Positions 29,097-39,723 of a stretch of 64,000 nt of DNA are shown piece by piece. Origin of the DNA: an uncultured Candidatus Rokubacteria bacterium (GTDB taxonomy: Bacteria > Methylomirabilota > Methylomirabilia > Rokubacteriales > CSP1-6); the NCBI GenBank assembly GCA_963789955.1, contig CAWBMV010000015.1, forward strand, positions 252,900 through 316,899, given 5' to 3'. The notes below the pieces were generated by a model, which was not told the origin of the DNA, did not search any database, and saw nothing but the letters and a program-made list of their open reading frames with translations. The first letter of the stretch is position 1; every line of letters starts with the position of its first letter. A program made the position numbers and the translations under genes.

Positions 29097-29848
29097 CCAC
29101 GCCGCTTCTCGAGACGCGCGCGCTGTGCCGGAACTTCGGCGCGCTGGCCGCCGCGCGTGACATCGACTTCCGGCTCGAGGCCGGCGCCCGGCACGCGCTG
29201 ATCGGCCCGAACGGCGCCGGCAAGACCACGTTCGTCAACCTGCTCACCGGCGTCATCCCGCCCACGTCGGGGGCGATCTTGATGAAGGGGCGCGACATCA
29301 CGGGGGTCGATCAGGCGCAGCGGGTCAAGCTCGGCATCGCCCGGACCTTTCAGATCAACCGCCTGTTCCGCCGGCTCTCCGTTCTGGAAAACGTCTATAT
29401 CGCGGTGGCCGAGCGCGTCGGCGCCGCGCCGTCGATGTTCCAGCCGGCCGGCACGCGCCGCGACGTGGTCGAAGAGTCGATGCAGCTGCTCGAAACGCTC
29501 AAGCTCACCGCCGACGCGAGCCGCCGGATCTCCGAGCTTCCCTACGGCCGGCAGCGGCTGGTCGAGCTGGCCATCGCGCTCGGCTTGACGCCCGAGATCC
29601 TGCTGCTCGACGAGCCGGCGGCCGGCGTGCCCAGCGCCGAGAGCCACATCATCCTCGACGCGATCGACGGGTTGCCGCGGGACATCGGGGTCCTCATCAT
29701 CGACCACGATATGGATCTCGTGTTCCGGTTCGCCCAGCGCATCACCGTGCTGGTGAGCGGCGCCGTCTTCGCGACGGGGACGCCGCGCGAGATCGGCGCC
29801 GACGCGAACGTCCGGGCGGTCTATCTCGGTCAGGCCAGCCATGGCTGA
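29093..29848 (+). CDS. LivG-like ATPase
   Basis: GPNGAGKTT, ARTFQ, LPYG.QR, LLDEPAAG. Confidence 0.92.
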   Translation: MTTPLLETRALCRNFGALAAARDIDFRLEAGARHALIGPNGAGKTTFVNLLTGVIPPTSGAILMKGRDITGVDQAQRVKLGIARTFQINRLFRRLSVLENVYIAVAERVGAAPSMFQPAGTRRDVVEESMQLLETLKLTADASRRISELPYGRQRLVELAIALGLTPEILLLDEPAAGVPSAESHIILDAIDGLPRDIGVLIIDHDMDLVFRFAQRITVLVSGAVFATGTPREIGADANVRAVYLGQASHG

Positions 29849-30542
29849 GGCGCTGGTCCTGCGTCACGTCTCGGCGGGCTACGGCGAGACGGTCGTGCTC
29901 GAGGACATCAACCTGACGCTGGCACGAGGCGAGAGTCTCAGCGTGATCGGACGCAACGGCGTCGGCAAGACGACCTTGCTGGCGACGGTGATGGGCCACA
30001 CGACCCTGCATCAGGGCGAGGTGTTGCTCGGCGGCGCGCGCCTCGATCGCCTCCCGACCTTTCGCCGCGCCCGGGGTGGCATCGGCTGGGTTCCGCAAGA
30101 GCGCGAGATCTTCCCGTCGCTCACCGTGCGCGAGAACCTGACGATCGGCGCCCGGCCGGGGCACTGGACCCAGGAGCGGGTGTTCGATCTGTTCCCGAAC
30201 CTGGGCGCACGGCTCTCGAACATGGGAAACCAGCTTTCGGGCGGCGAGCAGCAGATGCTCTCGATCGCGCGCGCGCTTCTGACGAATCCATCGGTACTGC
30301 TCATGGACGAGCCGACGGAAGGGCTGGCGCCGGTGATCGTCGAAGCGCTCGCGACGGTGCTGTTACGGCTGCGCGGCGAGGGCGCGCTCTCGATCGTGCT
30401 CGTCGAGCAGAACAGCCGGGTCGCCCTCGCCTTCTCCTCGCGGACCGTCGTCATGGACAAGGGGCGTATCGTCTACGACGGCGAATCGGCCGCGCTCAGC
30501 ACCGACTCAGAACGACTCGCAGCGCTCATCGGCGTCACGTAG
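29841..30542 (+). CDS. LivF-like ATPase
   Basis: GRNGVGKTT, LSGGEQQM, MDEPTEGLAP. Confidence 0.92.
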   Translation: MAEALVLRHVSAGYGETVVLEDINLTLARGESLSVIGRNGVGKTTLLATVMGHTTLHQGEVLLGGARLDRLPTFRRARGGIGWVPQEREIFPSLTVRENLTIGARPGHWTQERVFDLFPNLGARLSNMGNQLSGGEQQMLSIARALLTNPSVLLMDEPTEGLAPVIVEALATVLLRLRGEGALSIVLVEQNSRVALAFSSRTVVMDKGRIVYDGESAALSTDSERLAALIGVT

Positions 30543-30549
30543 GCTGCTC

Positions 30550-33214
30550 GTGGCGGAGCATGCGACGAAGGTCCCATCGACGTACGACGCCGGGACCGGC
30601 TATCTCCTGAAGCATCCTCGTGATGAAACGCTGGCTCGGAGAACCGCTGTTACACTTCCTGGTCGGCGGCGGCGTCCCGTTCGCCGTCTACGTCTGGCTC
30701 AATCCCTCCACGCCCGCGGCCGGTCCCGGCCCTGGGCAGGTTCGTATCGCGGGCCGGCACCCCTGAGGTTCTCTCTCCTCGGGCTTTCGCTTGCGGCTCT
30801 CGCCCTGTTCGTTTCGTTCTCCCTCGGCGACGCGGAAGGGCAAGGATCGCCGACGACGACGGTGCCGGCGGCGCCGTCTCCGGCGCCCGCCTCGGGCGCG
30901 ATCCCGGTCGCGGACGTCGCGACGCGAGCCGCGCAGATGCCGGAGCTCCTCCGCACCCTGACCGAGCCGCTGGCCGAGAACGCCGAGAGCGAGACGATCC
31001 GGAGGCGCCTGCACGAGGCGCGCGCGCAGGTCGAGCTCGAGCTGGCCGACGCGGAGACGACGCTGCGCAGCCACCCGAGCCTCGACGTGATCCAGCTACA
31101 GCAACAACTCTGGCAGCAGCGACACCTTCAGACGAGCGCGTGGCTCGGCGCCCTCACGCGGCGAGCGACGCTCTTGCAGGACACGCTGCATCGTCTGGCC
31201 GAGATCAAGAAGACGTGGCGCCAAACACGGGAGGCCTCGGTGGCGTCCGGCGCACCGGCGGCGATCCTCGTCCAGGTCGACGCGGCGCTCGCCGGTATCG
31301 AGGCGGCGGAGGCGCCGCTCATCGCCCAGCGCAACGCCGTCCTGGATCTTCAAAGCGCCGTGGCGAAAGAGGTCGCACGATCCGCCGACGTGCTGTCGCA
31401 ATTCACCCAGGCTCAGCAGCAAGCCATGGGGGGAATCCTGGCGCGGGACAGTCCGCCCATCTGGGGCGCGGAGGCGTGGAGGACCGCGCGCGGCGCCCTG
31501 CGGGACCGCCTCCGCGAGCTCGCCGTGGCCCGCCGCGCCGACGTCGTACGGTACGCCACTGACCCGTCGGGGGGACTGCCGCTACACGTCGCGGTCCTCG
31601 TGGCGCTGGTGGCCATGTTCCTCGCCGCACGTCGTCAGGTTCGCCGATTCAACGCGTCCGGCACCAACGAGCTCGCCGGGGTCACCATATTCGATCGCCC
31701 ATACGCCGCGGCGCTGGCTCTCACCTTGCTCTTCGTGTCTGCGCCAATCTCGACGGTCCCTCAGAGCCTGCGGCAACTATCCGAGGTGCTGGTGCTCGTG
31801 CCGGTCATCCGGCTGATACGGCCGGCGATCGCGCCCCGTCTGGTGATCCCGGCCTATGCGCTGGCGCTCCTCTTTGCTGTCGACAGTTTCCGACAGGCGA
31901 TTGCCGGTGTGCCCGTGCTCGAGCAGGCTCTCCTCGCCCTGGAAATGATGGCGGGCGCGGCCGTGCTCACTCAGTCGCTGAGATTCGGAGCGCTGGCCGC
32001 CACGGACGCGGAGACCGAGCGGCTGCGCACGTTCCGGATCGGCGCGGGCCTCGTCCTGTTCGTGCTCGCCGTAGGGCTGGCAGCCGGGGCCGCGGGCTAC
32101 ATGCGTCTGGCGCGGCTGCTGGCCTCCGGGCTTTTCGGCGGCGGCGCCCTGGCGCTGACGCTCTACGCGTGCGTCCGTGTGGTCGGGGGCCTGACGGCCG
32201 TCGCCCTGCGTGTGTGGCCGCTGCGCCTCCTGCGGATGGTGCAACACCATGGCGATCTCCTGGAACGCCGCGCATCACTTATCTGGCTCTGGCTCGCGAT
32301 CACGACCTGGGTCGCCCGCGTCCTGGACTACGCCGGTCTCTTCCAGCCGGCGCTGTCGTTCGTGCAGGCGGTGCTGGCTGCCAGGGTCGGCCGCGGCGCG
32401 ATCAGCTTCTCGGCGGGCGACGTGCTCGAGTTCGTTCTCACCGTGTGGCTGGCCTATCTCGGTCTCGGCGTTCCTCCGCTTCGTGCTGCAAGAGGACGTC
32501 TATCCACGCACGCAGATGACGCGCGGCATCTCCTACGCCGTCTCGAGCCTCTTGAACTACGTCATCCTCACCCTCGGGTTCTTGCTGGCCCTGGGCGCGA
32601 TCGGACTCGACCTCACCAAAGCGACTATCCTGGCCGGCGCCTTCGGTGTTGGCCTCGGGTTCGGTCTGCAGAGCATCGTCAACAATTTCGTCTCCGGGCT
32701 CATCCTTCTCTTCGAGCGGCCGATCCGCGTCGGCGACATCGTGGAAGTGGGTGATCTCCAGGGCGAGGTCTCCCGGATCGGGATCCGGGCGAGCACGGTG
32801 CGCACCTATCAGGGAGCCGACATTGTCGTCCCCAATGCGCAGCTCGTCGCGGAACGGGTGACCAACTGGACGGCCTCTGACCGCCGGCGTCGCATCGACA
32901 TTCCCGTGGGCGTCGACTACGGGAGCGCGCCCGAGAAGGTCATCGAGGTGCTGGAGGCGGTGGCCGGTGCGCATCCCGAGATCCTGAAGCAGCCGCTGCC
33001 TCAGGCGGTCTTGATCAGGTTCGGTGACAGCGGGATCAACTTCGAGCTTCGAGCCTGGACGAATCATATCGAGCGGTGGATCACGATCCAGACCGAGCTG
33101 GCGGTACGCGTCTATGCGGCGCTGCGCGCAGCCGGCATGACCTTCCCATTTCCGCAGCGCGAGGTCCGGTTCCTCAACGAGGCTCCGGATAGGCCGCGAG
33201 GGAGCGCCCCGTGA
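30550..33214 (+). CDS. Large MscS/MscK-like channel with periplasmic helical region; start uncertain, frameshift near 32460
   Basis: Helical N-terminus, many TMs, then GVGLGFGLQ.IVNNFVSG.ILLFERPI.VGD, IGIRAS, FPFPQR. Confidence 0.85.
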
Positions 33215-34565
33215 CCATCGGCCGACTGATCTTCCTGAAGGCGCTGTGTCTCCTGGTCGCTGCGTGCGCGTCCCCGGTCTTCGCGGTCCGCGCCGATCCG
33301 ACGACCGTCTACCACGAGCTGAACCGCGGTGCCATCGCCTCGGGCGAGTTGAGCTGGCCCACGCGCAACGTGCTCCGCGAGCGTGGCTTACTCGAGGAGT
33401 TCGAGAAGCGCCCCGAGGCCGCCCTCGCCGACTTGCATCGAGCGATGGTCGCGGCGCGAGGTGACGTCGACGTGCTCTTCGCCCTGGCCGAGCTGTCCTT
33501 TCTGCACGGGCGGGCAGCCGCGAAGCGCGAATACCACCTGGCGTCAGCCGTCTATGCCTGGGCGTTCCTGTTCCCGGAAGGGCTCCAGGGCGCTCCGGGC
33601 CGCTTCGATCCGCGCCTGCGCATGGCAGCCGATATCTACGACCTGGCCGTCGTCTCCGGTTTCGCGTCGCAGGACGGGACGGACGTCGTGCCGGCGGCGG
33701 GCACGTTCGAGCTGCCCTTCGGGCGTCTCGAGGTGAGCTTCGATCGCGCCGCCCTGCGCGCCGGGGACCGGGAGCTCTATGCGTTCGTCCCGACCTCCGA
33801 GCTCGAGGTGCGAGGGCTCGGGATGCGTTATCGCCGGCCGGGACTCGGTGCTTCGCTCGCCGCCGCCACCCGCCCTATCGACCCGGCGCGGCCAGGCCAG
33901 GACATGGTGGCCCCAAAGTGCAGGTGACCGCGCTCCTTCGTATCCCACAGGCCCGTCGCGTCCTTGTGGAGTCCCAGCCGCTCACGGCCGCGCTCGAGCT
34001 CTACCTGGCCTGGGACGCGGAGGCCGTCTCGATCGCCGGGGAGCGCGTCCCGCTGGAGGCGGATCCCACGGCGGCGCTCGCGCATTGCTCCAGAACGCGA
34101 TGTTCGTGAAGCCCCTTCCTGAAGTCTCGCGCGTGGTGTTCATCTGTACCCCGCACCGCGGGAGCTTCGTGGCCGGACGCACGATCATCGAAGACGCGGT
34201 CCGGTTCCTGCTGAACCCGCCGTTGCCCGTCTCGAGCCTCGCCCTCGACATCGCCCGGAACTCCGGCGCCGCCCGGAGCCCATTCGTTCCCTCGGCGATC
34301 GACAACATGTCACCGCATAGCAACTACATCAAGCGCTCTGGAGAACATCCCGGTGGCGTCGGACGTCACCGTCAACTCGATCATCGCCGTCGATACCGAC
34401 GGACCGGTCACGCAGGGCAACGACGGCGTGGTGCAGTACTCGAGCGCCCACATCGAACCGGTGGAGTCGGAGCTGGTGGTCAGGTCGGGTCACTCCGCGG
34501 AGGGCAACCCGCATACGATCGAGGAGGTGCGGCGCATCCTCCGCAAGCAAGCGGGACTGGAGTGA
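33211..34565 (+). pseudogene. Alpha/beta-hydrolase lipoprotein with internal deletion (paralog of 45230..47110)
   Basis: Collinear with paralog, but jumps from ADPTAALA to LL..MFV.P near 34082, losing VFVHG and GHSQGG. Confidence 0.75.
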
Positions 34566-34577
34566 CGCGTTACCGTC

Positions 34578-35366
34578 TCATCGGACGTCTCGATTCATGC
34601 TCTCGCGCAGGTCGGTCAGCGCCTGGTCGAAGGCGTCCACCCGCACCAGGCCCAGACGCGGGTACTCGATGTCGAGGATGACGAAGATCGCGACCGCCAT
34701 GACGAGCGCGAACCCGAGCATGTGCAGTCGGCTGCGCAGGGTGCTGCCGACCATGCCGAAGCCCGCCATCAAGGACGCCGCGAGCGCCATGCCGAACAGC
34801 ATCACGAAGACGATCCTTGGCGGGTGCATCTGCGTCACCATGGTTCGTGTCGTCGTGATGTCGATCATCGCGTTCAGCGCGGGGAGCAGCAGCAGCGGCG
34901 CCACCAGCGCGCGCTCCGGCTCGATCGCTTCGACCGCCTGGCGCCAGATTTGTCTCTGTAATTCGTTGGACCTGGCCAGCGATGCTCGGGCCGCCGCAAG
35001 GTCCGGCAGCTTCCGGTACGTCTCGATACGCGAGTCGAGGTAGCTCCGAAAGCTTTCTCGCAGCGCGGGCCGAGCATCAGGCGGCAGCAGGTCGAGCCGG
35101 AGATAGGCCGTACCGATGTCGTTGGTCTCCTCGACGACCAGCTGCCGTCGCGCGTCGAATCGGGTGGCGGCTCCGGAGAAGGTGAAGGCGATGAGCAGCC
35201 CTAGCACGGCGAAGACGGCCCCATCGACCGCGCCGATGCCCTCCGCCGCGGCGGCGGAATCGTCGTGCGATCGCCGGATGCCGGCTCGCCGGCCGATCTC
35301 GAGGAAGAGCAACATGCCCAGAAACAGCGCGAACGTGACTGCAAAGACGGTAACCGTGTGACCCAT
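34578..35366 (-). CDS. DUF4239/bestrophin-like membrane protein
   Basis: LGLLIAFTFS.A..RFD.RR, E.NDIGTAYLR, ILDIEYPR.G. Confidence 0.8.
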   Translation of the reverse strand: MGHTVTVFAVTFALFLGMLLFLEIGRRAGIRRSHDDSAAAAEGIGAVDGAVFAVLGLLIAFTFSGAATRFDARRQLVVEETNDIGTAYLRLDLLPPDARPALRESFRSYLDSRIETYRKLPDLAAARASLARSNELQRQIWRQAVEAIEPERALVAPLLLLPALNAMIDITTTRTMVTQMHPPRIVFVMLFGMALAASLMAGFGMVGSTLRSRLHMLGFALVMAVAIFVILDIEYPRLGLVRVDAFDQALTDLRESMNRDVR

Positions 35367-35396
35367 AGAGGGTTCCTCCGCGAGAGTGGGTGAGGC

Positions 35397-35419
35397 TTCT
35401 GGGACCGATGGTCCCAGAA
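35397..35419. promoter_or_regulatory. Perfect inverted repeat (operator or hairpin)
   Basis: TTCTGGGACC-GAT-GGTCCCAGAA. Confidence 0.45.
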
Positions 35420-35444
35420 ATCGAAAAGTCTCTAGGCCGGAATA

Positions 35445-38400
35445 CTATCGCGGAGGCGAGGGGCCATGAATCTTCCGGTCGGCAAGGTCGCTGAGGAGTG
35501 CCGTGGCATCTCTGAGGTCTCTCGTGTCGAATCCTTCCGTGAAAGAAGCATAGAACGAGCGCAGACGCTTACGCTCCTCTTGAGCCGCGGGCTGCCGCAT
35601 TCCCAGGCGGGCCAGGCTCATCGCGCTCCTGAGCGCCAGGGAGGCTGCGGCTTGTTCCTGGGCAATCTCCAGTGCGCGACGGAAACACTTTCGAGCAGCC
35701 TTGTGCTCCTTCACCGTCGGTGCCTTTCCAAGCAGCAGCTCGCCTTTGAGTCGCCACAGCTCGGCGGCGTAGAAGCATTCCGCGGTCGTGTCGGCGAGCG
35801 CGATCCCTTCCTCGGCTCGTTGTAACGCCTCGTCCCAGCGGCCGGCGCGCGCGTACGCCATGGCGATGAAGGCGAGCATCAGGGGGTGATGTGCCGCCCG
35901 GTGACCGAGCGATGCTCGATCAAACCGGCGAGCATCTCGGGCAGACCGCGCTCGACATCACCTTGCTCGGCCCGCGCGGCCGCCCCCAAGAAGCGGCTCA
36001 AGGCGGCAAAATGACTGAAATCGTTGGCGGCGCTTATCTGCGCCGCGCGTGCGGCCAGATCGGCGGCCGTGTCCCAGCGCCTGCAGAGCAACTCCAGAAT
36101 CGCCCAATGAACCAAAGCGGACGCGATGCTGAACGGTTGTCGGCTGTCCTCGGCGAACGCGAGACCCCGCCCGGCGAGCGTGCGCGCCTCATCTGGGCGG
36201 CCCAGAAACCATAGCGTGAGGCCGCATATCGCCAGCCCGGGGATCAGCGGTTGGACGCCATACATCCCCGCACGCATCGCAATCGGTTGTCGCTCGATCT
36301 CATTCAGAAAGTGCGTGAGGATCCGCGCCGCCGCCCGGAAGTTGCCCTTCCAGAACTCCGTCCGGCCACGCGCCAGCTCCGCCCTGAGGCTGAACTCCGC
36401 CGTCTGATGTCGCGTGGCGATGCGGGCAAGCTCGTCGGCGCTCCGCGTGGCCCCGTCGAGCTCAGAGGCGACCATCTGCGCGTACCAGACCGACTGGACG
36501 ATCTCGAACAGTTGTTGCGCGTCGCCGACATTTGCGCAGAGCTTGCCGGCGCGTTCGTAGTTTTCGCCGACTTCGGCGGAGGCGTAGCCTCGCATGAAGT
36601 TCAGCGGCACCCCCAGGAGCAGGCGAAGCTCCAGTTCCAGACGGTCGCGGTCGGGGGTCTCGGGTAACCGCGCGAGCAGGGCGAGGGCGGTCTTTCCGTA
36701 TGCGACAGCCTCCCGGTACGCGAAGCGCTGGTGCGCGCGCGCCATGCAGACGCGCAGATATTTGACCGCGCGCGCATCGTCGCCGCTCCGTTCGAAATGG
36801 GCGGACAGCTCGGAAGCGACCTCGTCCAGACGGTCACCGAATCTGGCCTCGAGCGCCTCGCCGATAATCTGATGTAGCCGCCGCCGCCGCCCGTCGGGGA
36901 TCTGCTCATAGATCACTTGATGGTGCAACGCGTGGGCAAAGTCGTAGCGCCCGGCCACGGCGCTGTTCGCGTCCGGGCCGGCCGCATGAAGAAACAGATG
37001 CGACCTGACCATGTGCTGGGCCGATGCCTCGACGCTCTCGACATCACGAGCGAGGGCCCGGGCCACGGTCCACGGCGCGAAGCTCAGGCCGGCCACGCTC
37101 GCCGCCTCCAGAATCGCGCGTTCATCGGCGGTCAAGCTCTGGAACTGCGCGGCGAACATTTCCACGAGGTCGTTTGGCACCGCGAGGTTCGATCGGTCCT
37201 TGGCGACGTTCACCACCCAGCCATCGTGCGTCGACGTCAGTTGGCCGCGCCGGATGAGCTCCTCGACGATGGCCACGACGAACAGCGGGTTGCCATCCGT
37301 GCGTTCGTGTACCAGGGCCGCGAGATCTTGGGCGGGAGCGCCGAACCGGCGCCGCAGATATTCACTGACGTTCGCGACCGACAGGTAATCAAGGGCCAGA
37401 TCGATGCAGCGCCGGTGGGCTCGGAGCGTGCGCCTGACCTCACGAATCGGATGGTCTCGAGTGCTGGCCTCGGCGGGCCGGTACGTCCCGATGATGAGCA
37501 ACCGGGCCGGGTCGCGCCGCTCCGCGATGAACGACAAGAAGTCGGTGGTGGCGTGATCGCTCCAGTGCAGATCCTCGAGCACGAGAACGACGGTCGAGTC
37601 GGCCGCCATCGACTCCAAAAAGGCGCCGATCTCGCGGAGCATGCGTTGAGGCGCGGCAGCGAAGGCGGCGCCGTTGAGGGGTGGCGGCTCGCCGTCGGCC
37701 AAGAGCTTAGGGATCTGCGCGTACCAGCACGGCGCGATGCGCCGCAACCGCGGGACCAGCGCTGCGTCGAGCGATGAACTCAGCACGCGCTCGAGCGCCT
37801 CCAGCACCGGCAAGTACGGCTCCCGCTGTCCATGTTGCTGAATGCACCGGCCGTGAAGGAAGCAGATGCTGGGATCGCGTATCGCCGCGGCACGGACGAA
37901 CTCGTCCGTGAGGGTTGTCTTGCCAATACCGGCCTCGCCCGTGACGAAGACGATCTGCCGCTCACCCTGATCCGCAAGGCACAGGCACTCGTCGAGCCTG
38001 TTCAGCTCCAGCTGTCTGCCGACAAACGCGACTGCCGGCTCGCTTCGGCCTAAGACGAGCGTCGACGGCGAGCTACCGCCGGCGAAGGCGGTGTCGCGTG
38101 TCGTGTTCTCGAGCCCCCTGAGTTTCGCGATGAATCGAAATCCGCGTCCGTGGACCGTTTCGATGAGGCGCGGTGCTCGCGGATTGTCTCCGAGAGTCCG
38201 CCGAAGTTCGGCGATCACCTTGGTCAAGGCGTCGTCCGACACTGCGGTGTCTGGCCAGATCTCGCGGTGAAGGGTCTCCTTGGCGACGAGAAACCCCGGC
38301 TGCGCGACGAGGCAACAGAGCACGTCCCACGACTTGGGCCGGAGCGGAATTTCACGCTCTCCGCGCCACAGCCGATGACGGGCGATATCGAGGTGAAAGG

Positions 38401-38449
38401 CGTCAAACGCCACCTCGTGCGCGGGGGCGAGCGTCCACGGCTTTGTCAT
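35445..38449 (-). CDS. wHTH (OmpR/CadC-type) - AAA ATPase - TPR transcriptional regulator, frameshift near 35880
   Basis: LRPK, ELRRTLGD....RLIETVHGRGFRF; FVGR..EL, GEAGIGKT, LEDLHWSD, GNPLF; C-terminal AELWRLKGE...FTEGFDT.DL. Confidence 0.9.
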
Positions 38450-38485
38450 CGGCGAGGAATTACCACAGAACGCTATCCGCACCTA

Positions 38486-38524
38486 GTCGGCAAAAGGTCG
38501 GAGAAATGTCGGCCAAAGGTCAGG
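38486..38524. promoter_or_regulatory. Four 11-bp-phased direct repeats, candidate wHTH binding site
   Basis: GTCGGCAAAAG-GTCGGAGAAAT-GTCGGCCAAAG-GTCAGG. Confidence 0.7.
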
Positions 38525-38566
38525 ACTCGCGGCATGGTCATCGTCGAAACTCGTCGACGGTAACCG

Positions 38567-38812
38567 ATGGAAGACAAGCGTGCAAGGGACCCGTCAGTGT
38601 CACCGCCGGAGGCTCCGGAGCTGCCGACGGACAGAGCTTTCGTGGTCCAGCTGAGCCGCGAAAGCGGCCACCGGCCCGAGCCATTCATCGGTCGCGTGGA
38701 GCATCTGGCAACCGGCCGCCGCGTCAGGTTCGACGGCCTCGTGGACTTTCAGGCGGCAGTGATTCGGCTCCTCATTGAGGCAAAGCGAGCATCGGAACAT
38801 GACGGGGCTTAG
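38567..38812 (+). CDS. Small hypothetical protein
   Basis: 81 aa with RAFVVQL...GRVEHLATG...F, divergent from the regulator. Confidence 0.65.
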   Translation: MEDKRARDPSVSPPEAPELPTDRAFVVQLSRESGHRPEPFIGRVEHLATGRRVRFDGLVDFQAAVIRLLIEAKRASEHDGA

Positions 38813-38883
38813 CTGCGCGGAGGCGGGACCGTTGGCGGCGGGCCGCCACTTCGATGGCACCACCTATAGAAGGAGTCGGGGAA

Positions 38884-39140
38884 ATGAGCACCCTCAAAGT
38901 GATGAAGGACGTGCGACCACTTGCTCTTCAGCCGCCCGGGTGTCGACTTTCAGGTATGGGTTGCCGACGGAGCCCGGCCTCTTGCCGCGCAAGTATGTCG
39001 TCACCGACACGAGTACGCCTGCGCGGCTGAGCTTCACAACGGTCATGAGCGATTGGAACGTGGCCCCGGCCGCGCCAGATACACGGTTCGTCCTCACGCC
39101 GCCCCAGGGGGCCAAGCCGATCACGTTCCTGCAAGCTTGA
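38884..39140 (+). pseudogene. DUF2092-like periplasmic protein remnant
   Basis: SD AGGAG and ATG 38884, then out of frame CDHLLFSRPGVDFQVWV...LPRKYVVT...SDWN...F...PP.GA..I, a C-terminal part only. Confidence 0.65.
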
Positions 39141-39184
39141 TCGAACCGCTGCCTCCAGCCGCTGACCGGCAGCCGAGGACACAC

Positions 39185-39662
39185 ATGAACATGATACGGA
39201 AGATTGCAGTGGTGACCACCGGCCTCGTCGGGATGCTCATCACCGAGGTGCCGCTCATGCCCGTGCAACTGGTGCCCGACGCGCATGCGATCCTCGGCGT
39301 TCGCCGCAGGACAGCCGTCGTGGTAGGGGCAACAGTCGCACGCATCGGATGAAAAACAGATTGTCCAGGCCCAACAGCAGACGGCCGCGGCTCAGCAGCA
39401 GGCCGCTGCGTCGCAGCAGCAGGCCGCCGCCGCGAAGCAGGAGACGGCCGATGCCAAGCAACAGGTTGCTGCAGCACCGCCCGCTCCGCCGCCGTCCGCC
39501 GCTGGGAATCCGCTGCCCCTGGGCACTGTGGTTGCGGCCCTCCCCGCGGGTTGCACGTCGACCCCGGTCGGTGGCGTGGAGTACTACTACTGCGGCGGGA
39601 ACTTCTATCGCGCGGTGTTTCAGGGGAACAGCCTCGTGTACGTGACGGCCCAGCCAAAATGA
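39185..39662 (+). CDS. Hypothetical exported Gln/Ala-rich protein, frameshift near 39335
   Basis: RRRTAVVVG, then QAQQQTAAAQQQ..., C-terminal LPAGC...GGVEYYYCGGNFYRAVFQG..LVYV. Confidence 0.65.
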
Positions 39663-39723
39663 AGAGAGGGCAGGCAAGACAATCTCGGCTCGCGTCACCG
39701 CGCGTCGGCGAGGAAGTGAGCTC

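Noticed and set aside
35879..35881. TGA in the regulator as selenocysteine
   Set aside because: The downstream part is in a different frame; one base is missing in a C run.
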